A stretch of 64,000 bases of DNA from Sphagnum compactum (Eukaryota), in NCBI GenBank assembly GCA_965153455.1, contig OZ234493.1, positions 62,001 through 126,000 of the forward strand, given 5' to 3'. Positions within the stretch are counted from its first letter, which is position 1. The number at the start of each line of letters is the position of its first letter. Below, one piece after another: positions 34,901 to 48,635 of this stretch. A model generated the notes under the pieces. It was not told the DNA's origin. It worked only from the letters and a program-made list of their open reading frames with translations, and made no database searches. A program made the translations under genes and the position numbers.

Positions 34901-37900
34901 CCATTTTTTTTAGTCCCCAAATAAACTAAATTTGTTTTAGATTGATTGGTGAAAGGATTTTCATCCCCAATGGGGGACACCCAAAATTGAATTTACTAGA
35001 AAGAAAAAAGAAAAGGGCGAAAGGGTAAAACTTCATTTAGTAATTTGTGACTATGTGCCTTTAAAATAGCATGGCCAATAAATTTTCATTAGTATTTTTT
35101 TTAATCAATTGATGATCCATCAAACCTATTTGTAATTTCAAAATGCACACGTTAACAACCAATACGATTCATACATCTAATTTGGAGGTATATTGAATTA
35201 ACTTTGAATTTGGAATGAAACTTGTTAGGCATTGAGCTTATTTGTGACTTCAAATTTCCTTGTAATGAATTAGCTAAGGTCTTCTTAAAGACTTGTGCAT
35301 TATCAACAAAGAAATTTATGTGTTTGTAACAATGATTTTAAACATTAGAATTATGAATTTAAAGTCCTTGATCACTTTGAATAACTAATAATAGTAAAAG
35401 CACATACATTGTCTATGAATTGTTGATCGTAGGCTTAAAGACCTCTCTTGTTTTTTCTATTTCAAGCAAGAGTGAATGTTTGGGATGACATTTTGGAAGG
35501 TCCTTTTGCAAGTATAAGCATGCTACATTTTATTCTTTTTGAAAATGACCCAATTCATGATGCAGCTCAAGAAGAATTTGCTCATGATAAAAACTCACAA
35601 AATGGAAACCAATGTATTGGACAGGGCGATCTTTACATTGACAAGAACATGTATTTGACATCACAACCTGAGCGCTTCAAAGGCTTCCTTAGTTCTGATT
35701 TTTCCAAGACTGATGAATTTAGCAATGTGTGCCGCACAGAACAATATCGCACCCAATTAAAGGCAAGTGCACAATATCATTTCGCTAAGTGATAAAAATT
35801 TATTGTATGTCTATGAAAATATAGATTTTTAAAACATCATGAGGTTTCTTTGAAGAAAAAAAAGAAAAAAACTTTAAACAAACATTATTTGTCCCTCCCA
35901 AAGCTTGTGCCAATTGGTGGGTATTCCTTGACCCAACATCTTACTTGATTGAGATTCTAAAACAATTCGCCATGTCACATTATTTTCCACCCCCCCAAGG
36001 GGGGGTGTTTGGTGTAATGTGTATTTGTGATTGATTTAGCAAAAGTCTGCCCATAAAAGAGTTCATTTTTCAAGAATATAAATTTTGAAATTTGGATCAC
36101 ACATAATAAAAAATTGGAGGTACATGATCATGGCAATCACAAGGTATTTGTCATCTTTTATGTGTGATGTAACATTCAAGTTTCCCTTTTTTTTTTTTAA
36201 ATGACTTACAACAACATGTATTTCTTTTTGTATCACTTTATTTCTCTTGGAGCGATCATATTAAATCCATGTAACAAATTAAGGATTTCAATTTTTTTTA
36301 AAAGTGAAATTTGTTTGAAATTTGTCCATTTTTTACCTTTTTATATACAAGCAATTAAAGCTAGGATTTCATTAATCAATTCAACTCATGATATATTCAA
36401 TATGGTGATTAAGCCTTGATTATTTTTTAATATATAGAAATTACCATAATTGAATGAATTGATGCAAATTTTCACTTGTATTATATTGATGGCTTGATTT
36501 TTGTGGATGGAAAATAAGAATTTACACATTGAATGGATTTTTTTCTTTTCTTCTACTAGACATATGCATTATTTTCATCATTCTAAGTGTTGTGCACACT
36601 ACAACTCACTCATGAGATGATGTTGGATGATGAATAAATTGATGAACCAAATGAGAATAATGAATTTACATGGTAATACAATCATAATAGTTGGATTACA
36701 TATCATAGAGGTTAAAGGTTGCCAAGCATAATGTTCCAACTGAAGAGATGAGATATGTGAAATGGGGAGGTAAAAATGCTAGATGAAAGGTGAATTAGAC
36801 ATTCAACTATGGGATTTGGATGGAGATATGAATTGCAATTGTTCAAATGTTAAATTTTTTTCATGCATATGAATGAAGAGAGGTCAAACATATTGACCCA
36901 AACTTGCTGAACACACAATCCACATTGTCCTTGTCAATTATAAAAACCACATATAAACATTATAAGTAATTTGATATTGTTTTAGGATGATGAAATTATT
37001 GTAAACATCCCTTAAGCAATAGTTTTAAATGAATGTTATTTGAGTCAAATGGAGGTTAGCTTGATGAGCAAAATTCTTACAAGTTCGTTTCACAAAAGTC
37101 GATAGATTGTCATTTAGAGCACCACCCATATTATGAAACTAAAAAATGTAGTTCCTTTATTTTAAAGGAGAGAGAGGAAAGGGTATTTCATTTGTTATAA
37201 AAAAAAAATCAGCTTGAATATTTTCCTCCAATCTTGAACAATTTTTTTTTTTCAGTTTTCTAAAGTAGGTGGGAGTAGGTGCCACGCATACATAGCTAAA
37301 TTTAGCATTTATCGGATAGGTTTGAGAATTTGTAAAAAGTTTTTTTTTTCCCAAACAATAGCAAAGTGATGACAAACTTTTCAAGGTAGTCAAAAAGTGC
37401 CGACCATTTTTCAAAAACCAAAATTTCCTTTGTTTTCTTGTAGAAACCCAGGCATTTCAAACAATATATTTCAAAAAAAATTGTTTTGTTTATTCATCAT
37501 TACAATATGAATATTCACCCACAAAGAAACATGATCTAAAAGTTTTGATAAATGGTGAAATTGTTTGTCATGAACTTGATGTGATGATTTGAAGCCAAGA
37601 AAAACGACTGACAATTTTGTTTGGTTTTGCATTAACAGATGGACAATAAATTTGCAAAGAAATCTCTTTCAATGATGGCCAAGAAAATGATAGAAATGGC
37701 GAAAAAATATCCAGAGATTGGAAAACGAATCCCAACAAAAGTAATCTCTTCCTTTTGTATTTATAAGCTAAGTGCCTTTGTCCCTACTCAACAATCCAAT
37801 TTTTATTTTGCTTTAGTTTTACAATAATAACTCTCTTCACTATGTTGAGGTGATCCCCTCGCGTATGGTTGGGACTCGAGACCCAACATGTGAATGGCCC

Positions 37901-40900
37901 CTAGTACTCAAATTTTTTTGTGTCAGATTTTGCTTAAATGCCCAAATTTTTAGTGGGTTGCTACCAAAACAAAGGCTTTCTTGGAATTTTTTGAAGGATT
38001 TGTTTAAAAAACAGGGTTTTGGGACTTGGTTCACTAGATTTAAAATGCTTGCTCCTCTAGGTCCCCTGCAAGCAATAACATGGTTACAAATTTTTTTTAC
38101 TATCCTACTTGTCATGTACCCAAACTTGCCTAGATCCTCCTATGGATGGTTGCCACTATGGCTACACCACAAAAATAAAAAAAGAAAACCATGGCCCTTA
38201 GATAGGGTGGGAAGGAACTTCTTTTGGCCCAAATAAGGGTCTCCTGCCCCCTAATATGGCACCATGTAGATCCTTTGAACCACAATTGGAATATGTAATG
38301 GGCCATGTTGTCTACCAAAATTATGTAAGCGGTAATTAAAGGTTTTAAACCTTGGGTACACACCTTGCACACAACTTTCATGTTCATGTGATTTGTCAAA
38401 TGAAAATGATCTAATGCAAACATTAAATTACATTAAAACATGATTTCAACTATGAAAACCAAAATTAGCTATGTAAGACACCATGAGCTACATATAACAA
38501 TATCTTTGGTGACCATTTGAGACCATATGCCTTTTAAATATAAAATCGGATAATATTGCCCAACAAATACATTTCTTGAACCATTCTTGACTTATGTATT
38601 TAGGGGTTAAACGGTTATCGGACAAATATTACCAAGAAGGTTCAAGTTTTATTCAAGCAAGTTAGTTTATCCTATCCCTATGGAGGTTTTGAAGTCCAGA
38701 AGGATGGTATAATTTGGAATTACAACAATTTTGCTAATAGGAAAGAAAAAGGGCCATGGGTAATAAGGGAACCCATCCTATTCTAACTATAGTTAGAAGG
38801 TTTATACTTTATATAATTATACCATTAAATTGTAAAGACTATATGCACAAAATTTTATTTGATTTTCAAGTAGGCATACCATCATTTTATAAAATCATAT
38901 CTAAGGTATATCCAAATTGTTAGACACAAAATATCCACCTAGAATTCTCCATTAATACTATATTGGGTGTATGAAAACTTCTTGTAAATCGTTCAATATA
39001 ACACAATGGTTCATATTAGTTTGATTAAAACCTCTTTTTGACAAAAATGGCATTCCTTCAACTTTTATTATGTTATGTCCAAAAATTGAGCTGGAAAACC
39101 TAGTCACCATATGCATAAAATCCTTTTGAAAAAGGTTAAATGCTTTCCAATTGTTCTATTACATACTTATGTGTCAAATAAAAATCAAAGGATTTAGTGT
39201 AACACACTATTAAACAAGAGGTTATAAGCTTCTATGTAATAAAGATTAGCTGACTTTTGAAAGATTTCCAATTATGTATGTACTATGTACACCCATATAA
39301 ATAAATCCATAACACCTAGTTCTAACCTACAATATGCTTAATGGAGACAAGATTATTGTTATAATATTCCTTGAACCTTTATAATGTCTTGTCAAAATGA
39401 TCCCAAAATTTTCCACCAATAAAGGATGACCATTTAAAAACTCAATGCTTAAAATAATATATTGTTTGTTGGCCCCTTCATGTTTATGGGATATAAACAA
39501 GACACAAACCTAAGTTGAACATATTTTCAATAATTGTGCTGAAGTACTACACATGACGTATAATAATTTGACACCCTTTTTAAAGATGAATTGATAATTT
39601 GGATCATGTTTATAGTCCAAAATATATTTGGGGATTTGAGTTGTCCATGTCATTGGAAAAATATTCATGCATGAGTGTTTTGGTGATATGAAAACTAAAT
39701 AATTAAAATATCAAAAGGTTCAAGTTGTCAACATAGTAAAACTTCAAAATGAAATTCCCCCAAATTTATTATTATTATTTCCCCCAAAGATTCTTATGTC
39801 ATAAGCATGATTTTTAATGGAAATTGTCATAGTTTAATGAAGCCCATTCTTACTATATAGAAAGATGTCGTGGACTTCAATGTGAGGTATTTGGTAATAG
39901 GGTAAGGACTTGAAATTATTATAGTGCAAATAGCCTCACCTTTGAACTCACCTTCTAGATAGACCCATCTTTGTTTTTAGATATTACATTTATTTTATTT
40001 TGCTTTCCCTTTTTCCAAATTAATATAAAATTTGGCTTCAACTCTCCACTAAACTAGTTCGATTCTCTTTTGTTGTTGTCACATTTGCTCAATCTTGTTT
40101 TTTGTTTTATTAGTTGATTTGAAGCCTTCTAGGCTTGTGGCAATGGGGACAAAACACCATATGACCTTGGGGCATGGGTTTCCTAATATGTGTTTATACC
40201 GTATGTGACTTTAATATAATCCCGTATGTTAAGGAAAAAAATCAAACATCAAGATACATAATATGTGTCTCAAAATCATATGACACATCTTTTGGCCCTT
40301 GAAATATCCCATAAGCAACCTTGATTTTGTTTCAAACCTTTATCCTATAATTCCCTTCTATTTCTTGTAGTGTTTTCTTTAATCGAAATTGTGATGTAGC
40401 CAAAGTGGTGAGCATCCCAAAACAAATTTTGCGTTAAGTGCCGACTCGTTTACAAAGAACCATCAAAATAGAAAATAATAGCCAATAGACATAGATGAGG
40501 TGAAATTCTCCTTTTTGCCCCCTTTAAAATTCCTATTTTTTTGTAATTTTAAAAATTATAAATAAGGAATCTATGACAACATATTCCCACAATGTGAAAA
40601 TTCTCCACCCAAAAAAACATTGAGTGCTTTGTTTCAATAAAACTCCAATTTCCAATGTTGATTTATATCATGAATGATAAACATGAGGTGGATTGAATAA
40701 ACATGCTCACATGATGAGATTGTGAAGCAATGATGAGATTTTCCCAAGTATATGTTTTCCTTTAATTTGGATAAATTTGATGATTGTAGAACCATTGATG
40801 ATGTAGTGACACAATATTATAAGCCTTAAATGAGCTGTTTAGGTGGTCCAGAGGTGATGCCAATGTCAATTGTAAGAAATGGAAATTTTATGAATTGTCA

Positions 40901-41216
40901 TCATATTTGGTATATCAGCCATGTTTGATTCATTCACGTTTGTATGGAAATTAGATCAAAACCAAACTTTGAAGTTAACACTATGTTGTTCGAAAATTGA
41001 TACTCAAGATATTCTAAACCTTTCATATTTAAGTCAATATTTTTGTTTGTTTGTACTTTAATTCTTGGAATATATGATTAAACAAAAACTCAAACTTTAG
41101 GCATTTAAACATGGTATGGATTAAATTGAATAGCTCTTTGAATGATGAAAGAATCATTGATGTGATCATGGGTCGATAAATATGATTTGCCATGTCAAAC
41201 CATTTCACCTTTTTAA

Positions 41217-41454
41217 ATATATGATCATGAAATGGGAAGATATAGATGTCAAGGCACATTTGAAATTTGTTTTTCAGGTAATGACATGAGGGGATAATAA
41301 AGATGATGAACCTATATCTAATCCCTGCATTTAAAAAAATATATATGATCATGAAGTGGGATGATAGACATGTCAAGGCACATTCAAAATGTGTTTTTCC
41401 AATAATGACATGAGGGGATTGTAAAGATGATGAACCTATATCTAATCCTTGCAT
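41217..41454. repeat. Tandem duplication with ~124-bp period (2 copies)
   Basis: atatatgatcatgaa...gatgatgaacctatatctaatcc.tgcat occurs at 41217 and 41341. Confidence 0.85.
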
Positions 41455-43148
41455 ATTGGGGTGAAAATATATTTTGTGATGAAACTTTTATACAATTCAA
41501 AATTTGAATTGTCTTGTATAATATCCAATGGTAAATTAATGAAGATATTTAAGTACAATAGGAATATATAGCGAATTGAATAATAACTATGATGATGGCT
41601 TTATGAGCATCTAGAATTAGTTAGAATAATGTTCCAGTTGTATGTTTGTAATTATGACAATTATATATCTTATACCTTGCAACAAATCAAAAATACAAAT
41701 TTCTAAAAGCTGCATTCAAGATAATTTCTAATATTTGTTAAACATTTGACAAATCCTCAAAGGTGTTTACAATGTCACATGAAAATAGCCTTTCCTATAT
41801 TTGTTGCTATTATTATTATTTTAAAAATGACTACTTATGACATGTCTATTTTTTCTTAGGTCTAGATTCAACTTATAGTGGTTTACCATATGATTGTAAC
41901 AAACTACACTTGCAAGTCCAAATTGAGACACAAATACAAACAATGTATAGTCCAAAAGTTAAAATTTTGAAATTTGAGAAATGTTTCATCCTTATACATA
42001 TAAAAAATTTACTGCAAAAAATAGGTATTGACTCCCAATACTTGAATTGAACGTGGAATACTATTGTCTTATATGAAATTTGTAAAAGACCATTTCTCTT
42101 ATAATGTGAACAGTCTTGCAATTTGTTTCCAGAAATATCCAAAAGTGTGAATAGTGTCATTCAGGAGACCTTTGATGAGGACCCCTCTTCACTATCCAAG
42201 TGTAAAATATGAAAAGGTAAGTAATCACCAATGTTAGGCATTTAAGTCTTTTACCTTTGATATACCCATGGGTATCTTACATCATAAATACACAACCCCA
42301 CCCAAACTAGTAAAAACAATTCTACCCTTTTAGTTACCCTGCTTGGTTGGTAAATATTTTAAACTTGGCACATCTTTACTCTACTTGACTAGTATATATT
42401 TTACATTCAGGGAAGGTAGTTTCTTTTAAGTTGGTAAAAAGATGGTACACCCCAAAATCATTATGTAGCATAAACTTATGCATTTTTATATTTTGCATTG
42501 CAATTGGTATTATGGATTTGTTCAAATTGTGAGGACTAACTAGTAATTTACCCTTTAATTTTTTTTAAGTTAAAACTAGAAAAATTCAAGAAATTTGCCC
42601 CATAAAATTTCACAATTTCGCAATAGTGTTGAAATTTTCCCACAAGAAAAGAGTTATTGCATATGAGCATGGTGAAATGAGTAGATGATGAAATATATAC
42701 CATTACCCATACCCTATGAACAAGGTAAATGTTATTCACTTCCCTTTACCCATATTCAAAATGATGAATATGCAAATCCTAAATACCCAAGTAAACCCTG
42801 ACCTAATATGGATCTTTTAAATCCTATATACACCTATGTGGCTTATATATATAAACATTTGTATTTATCTTGATCCAAAATTTGAAGTAGATATACATGT
42901 CCTACACTCATAATTGCATGGGGTCAAAGAAATAGCAAGGCAAGATGCATATGGATATTAAGGTTGTCTACCAAGTGGAAAATTGGTAACTAAGGCTATT
43001 GTTTAAATAAGTTAATTAATAATGGGCAAGTCTTTTTTAAATCTCAAAATTTAAATATTTGATCCCCTATGTGGGACTCATAAAATAATTTGACAAAGGA
43101 TCCCTTGACCCCTTGGTTATGAAAATAAATAAAGAAATGACCAACATT

Positions 43149-44057
43149 TGTCATGACCCTAACCTCGGGCTCCCAACCAAAGTTGGGACAAGAGAATGAA
43201 AAAATGTCGAGAATAAAACCAATACATGGCCCAGTTCAAACCTAGAACAAAGGTGAGTTCAAAATGTTTGGTTATGAATGGTAGGAACCCACAAAACTCT
43301 CAAGTGCATTCCTACTAAATGTGGAAAAATGTGCTATAGAAATGGGGCTCCTGTGAAGTCTAGATTTTTTGGGCAAGGTTTTGGGGATCAAATCTTGTCC
43401 AATTTCATCACTTCATTGCAATGCAAGCTACAATTTGATGGGTTCACATTGCCAAGACAAATTAAGGTTAATTGTGATGATAGTAGGAAATTTTATTCCC
43501 ACTCATTTAATGTGTGACAAGTGAACATGATATGGGGACCAAATGATGTTCAATTGAAGATCTTGATAAAATGTTGAAGGGCTATAATTTAAAACTTTAG
43601 AATGTTCCAAATAATGTATTTTATTGAAATTATGCATTCCCAAGTTTCAAGAGTTTGAACTTGGGAATTTCCAAACTTTCATTTTTTGTGAGCTTTGAGA
43701 AGTGCCACTTTGTTCTAAGTTGCATGGGAATTACAAAACATACTCTATGGAAGGTATTGTTTCCCCAAATGGTCCAAGCTATGATGAATCCAATGTGAGT
43801 CCACAATTATTTGATGTTCCAATTCTAATTCCAACTACAAGAAACACGTTCTTGCATCTAGTTTGTGTAATTGACGTGATCAAAATTGGGTTAATGAGAA
43901 TTGCCTTGTCCTATTTTTATTTTGGAGCTCCCACATGACTTGTCATTTTGATTTGACAAGCTAAGGAGTGTGCTCGAGGCTCAAGCATGTTATTTGTAGC
44001 ACACGATATCACGAAGTTGCCTTCAATGCCATTTGGTAAGCTTATGCAGGTGTGTCA
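43149..44057 (+). repeat. Ancient degraded LTR-like sequence, followed by another in the opposite orientation to ~44550
   Basis: Starts TGTCATGACCCTAACC and ends GTGTGTCA. Faint colinearity with the young LTRs (gggctataattt; catactctatggaaggtattgtttcccc). No TSD recognisable. Confidence 0.45.
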
Positions 44058-47000
44058 AATACACAAACCAGAGCAAGAAAGTGATTCCTATTGTCAAAGT
44101 TAGAATTGAAACACAAAACAATCACAAATTCACATTGAACTTATCATGACCTAGGTTCAGAGGATCCACTACCGTCTTTATAATAAATTTTGCAACTCCA
44201 TATGGTACTTATATCAAAGCATCATTCTCCCCACCTTCCCAAAGGGAACAATGACAAAATGCATGTTAAGTGAGGCAAAAATCGAATTTATCATCCCCAT
44301 TTTGATTCTTGAAATGCCCATAACTTCTGGCCATGAATTTTGTTATCGCACAATGAACCACTACATTATAGTTATAATTGAAACCTTGCCAGTGATCCAA
44401 AGATCATGCCATTTGGATTTAAATATTCCCAAAATGGTTTTACATGAACATTTGGGATTCCCATGTAGTCTCAATTCTTAAAAAGAAGTTCCCATGGGAG
44501 TTTGTGTGAAAATGTGTTTCACTTCAACAAATTCAAGTTGTCCCAATCTTGCTCTAAGAATGGAAGCCTTTGATTTGTTTTCATCCAAGGACAAACATTT
44601 ATTTATCAACCCTAAAAGTTCATTACACACCAAAATTAAGGCCACCAACAGAAAAAAAACCTTTAATATGGATAATTCACGTGGATTTGCTATGTTTTGT
44701 CTTCATGTTATTATCATATATTCATTCATCTTTTGTCAAGGAGGTTAACATGGTCACAAGTCATTGGATAACAAGGGGGCAAATCTATTGGATGGCAGGG
44801 TGATAATTCTAACACCATAGTACCTAGATGGTTAAGCACAAATTCATTATATTTGGAATTGCTGAATTTTTTGAAAAATACTTGTTTCCTTGCTGAAAAT
44901 ATGAAACTCCAAATGGTAAAACTTTTTTTTTATTGTAATAAATAAATGATTCCCAAAACAAAATATATTAGGCACCTTGGCAAGGTAGTAAATTGTGGCT
45001 GGTATCTCTATGGGGTGATGTCACTATTATTATATGATGAAATCTATACATAATTAAATGAGGCTAATAGCACTTTGGGTATTTAAAAACACTGATGTAA
45101 TATGGCCCAATTGATAATTGCATGGGATCAAAGCAATGGCGAGGCCTACTACCTATTTGTACTATATTATGTGATTTTTAAAGCAAAAATCTACAACTTT
45201 TTTAGAAGTTTTTAATGTAAGTTTTTAATTTCTAGTTACATGCCCATTTTCAATTGGTTTTTCAACAATAATATTCACAAAATCTCCAATCCAAAGATGT
45301 TTGTAACTATGTGGAGCCCAACCTCTAGTTGAATTTTCTTTTTGGGAAAGTTTGGAACCTTAGGAATTGGAAATGTGAAAAAATCTCAACCTCGTGTGAG
45401 GTTACGTCAGATCAAAAATATTTATTTCAAAGTGGAAACCAAATGTTCCATAAAATTGCCTAAAACTAGGACTAGAACCTAGAATTGTATGACACATGTA
45501 TGAGCACCTTTTAAGCACAACACACGAATTTGGCAAAGGAACATGGGAATTTTTTTTTAATTGTAAATGGAAATGTTTCATTTGGGGGCCAATTTCTAGT
45601 TACCATTTTTCTTCCAATTCACTTTGATTAAGTTTCATCCTCCTTTTACGGTCATCCATTTGCTCCTATTTGCTTTGACCTTGAAAAACTATAGACTAAA
45701 TCAAAGGAATGGGCTAAAATCTTTTGTTCAAGATTCACGTGCACAAGAAAAGTGCAAACAAGTTGATGTTCACCTCCATATGATTTGTTGTAAGTTGACA
45801 TGATTGATTACAATCAACATTTGACAATGGTAATACCCAAAAGTGGTTATCAAATTATTCATGAGAATGTGAAAAGGTCATAAAAGAATTCATCTTCAAA
45901 TCCTTAAAATGAAAAAATATTTACAAAAACTTTGGGCTACATGGTTTTACACTTGAGTGCAAAGTTAATATTTTTTAGTGTTCCAAATTTGTATGTCAAA
46001 ATGGTTTGTAGGGGCTTTTTTACTAATATTACATAGCTTTGAAAGCAATGCCATAACATCAATTTGAAGTTGTGGGGGAAAAAAAAAACTTATCCAAGTG
46101 GGTGTGGTAGTTATATTATAAATAAATACTTATGAAATATGATTTTCTAGTAAGTTGTGGACCCCAAAAACCAAGGAATTTTTCAAGTAAATAGTGTTTG
46201 ACATGTCACAAGTTGAATGCAAATGCATTAAAGGGTTTGCATAGTGCACAAGATAAAAATTTGAAACAACTTTTGTCCATATCCTACAACCCACCCAAAT
46301 TGTTATGGTGTTCATTAGAGTTGGGTTTAATTTCATATAACCAATATAACCAATTTGTTAGTTCTTGCAACATGAGTAGCTATATAGGTATTGTTATTGT
46401 CAAGATAGATAAAATGTGATCACTTTTTAATCACTATGATAGGCAATAAAATCACCTCACACGTACCCACATGGTTTTCGGTGGTCAATTCATTGATGAC
46501 CATGCTTAACAATCTATCAATCTATTAGTTAATGGGAATGTTATTGGAGCTATTGAAATTTGATATTTATGGTGAAGTGAATCTAAATTATTTGCAAGTT
46601 GAACATTCAACCACTTGGGTTAATGACTCCATGTCTTCTATTACTGTGGCAAAATATTTGTCAAAAGGGGTGGAAATCCATTGCTTTTCTATATAAAATT
46701 TATTAAATATACCATTATTTTGGACATGATAATGTGTCATGGATGAACATTCACAAGATATTATTTCAAATATAAATTGTCATTTCATTTTCCAATTTGA
46801 GAATCCATTGCTAACAATCCACATAATTAGCCCTTTGTCACAAGTTAATAAAATCCCTAACTTGTTGCAATCACATGTCAAAGTGCAATTATTTGGTAAT
46901 CTATGCAAATTATTTTTCTCATTTAACATGATCAAAATAGATGAATGACAAATAAAATTACACTTGAAGAGAGGCATCTGTGGATAAACTTGAAATAAAC

Positions 47001-48635
47001 ATCAATTATCAAGTCATGATCATCTTTGATTTGGATTCCAACATCTACATTTGAAATAATGATAGTTGGAGAATGTTCATGTATGTGAAGCAACATACTA
47101 ATTATGAACTACAAATTCATTGGGTGCATGCTAGGGGTGAAGGGGCATTGATCGCAGTTAGAGACCATATATGTGTCCAAAAATGTCAACATTAATGGGC
47201 ATGGATACTTAGGCCAAACTAGGTTATATGGACCCTTGTCCACATTGTCCCAATCTCATTTAAAGATGCATGATGTTTCCATGTATGAAAATTGTAATGA
47301 CCTTTTACCAAGACAAGAATGGGTGGTTGCAACTTCCAACCAATTAGTCATATAGCCAAATCATGGCTTTATGAAACTAAGTTTAGAGTGTTGAGATCAT
47401 AATTGATCAACCTAATGATCACTTCCTTTTGCCACACATTGGCCCAACAACTTTAATCACCCAAATATCAATCACATTTGTTGGGATGTCCTTACAAATG
47501 CATGAAAGGACAAGTATACAAAATAATCCTACCCATTACTATGGTTAAGTTCAATACAACTCAATTTAAGCCCAAACTTTGAATAGACAAAAACTCCTCA
47601 AGGCTAGTTAAACCATGTAATTTGTATACAAACATGAATATACAAGCTCACAAGTAGGTGCATGAGAGGATACTGATAATGCAAATTCAAGATGATCACT
47701 TTGATGGAGATTTAAGGCCTTAGGGAGGTCAAGATGTCAATTGACAACATATGATTAAGGTTCCATCTAAGCCTTGGAATAACATTTTAAATAATAAGAT
47801 ATTATACATTGAGAAATAGGGGTCTAAACATCTAAACCACAAGTGATTTACAAAATTATGTGAAATATGTTTTGAGGGGAAGGGGGGTCAAAAAAATAGA
47901 TGGACCCACGGGTCATTCGTGCATTGGATCCAAAAAATAGCAACTCGTGAAAGAATCTATGTTAAATCCTACCTTATTCAATTTTTGTTGATGGTATGTG
48001 ATTGGAAGTAATTTCAAGGTATTGACTAGAACAAATAAGGTTTTTTACTTATCTTAAGTATTTGAAAAAAAATTGAATAGTATGGGAGAAAAATAATGCA
48101 CATATTCCCCAAGCCTAAATCATAACCATGTCCATTTGAATTAGCCCACGTGGGTCAAAGGATGAATCCAACAATGTTGGGATTGGTCCAAATTATGGCT
48201 AAAGGTTTTACCATCAGTCTAAAACAATATTTAAAATGACACAATGATTAATACAAGCCCCTTGGAAGGGGGAAATACATAGATGTGTAGTTAAAAGGAA
48301 AATTTGGGCAATGATCATACCATATTATTCTAGGTGATCAGAATAGGTAGATCATTAGTGAGGTAAGTAAATATAGAGGTTTAGTGATTTTTTTTGTTTT
48401 TTTCACTTCTAGTAATTGAAACCCTCCCAAATCAATTATTTATCATATTATTTTTTCTCAAATTTTAGGCAAACTTTTGCCTATAAAATAAAGGTTGTTC
48501 TTGATTGCCCTAAACTCTAAATCATTTATTTCTCCAAATCATGATATTTAATTACATGGAATGCACCTCAATTGTATCAATAGGACATAATCTACTATTA
48601 TTGCTACTTTTAAACTAGGTTATTGTAAAATTTTG

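Larger units (their letters stand above)
29190..45085 (+). repeat. Segmental duplication, copy 1
   Basis: Colinear blocks ~29190-30538, 31800-33248, 33640-33925, 37485-38287 and 43576-45085 match 58110-63993. Confidence 0.88.
33025..45085 (+). pseudogene. Decayed multi-exon protein-coding gene, product unidentified
   Basis: AG/GT-bounded exons 37639-37740, 38604-38706, 39861-39901, 40133-40200, 40790-40871, 42133-42216, 44741-44799 and 44972-on chain in phase with scattered TAA/TGA stops. Further probable exons at 33025-33244, ~33776-33850, ~35466-35788 and ~36986-37054. Confidence 0.65.
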
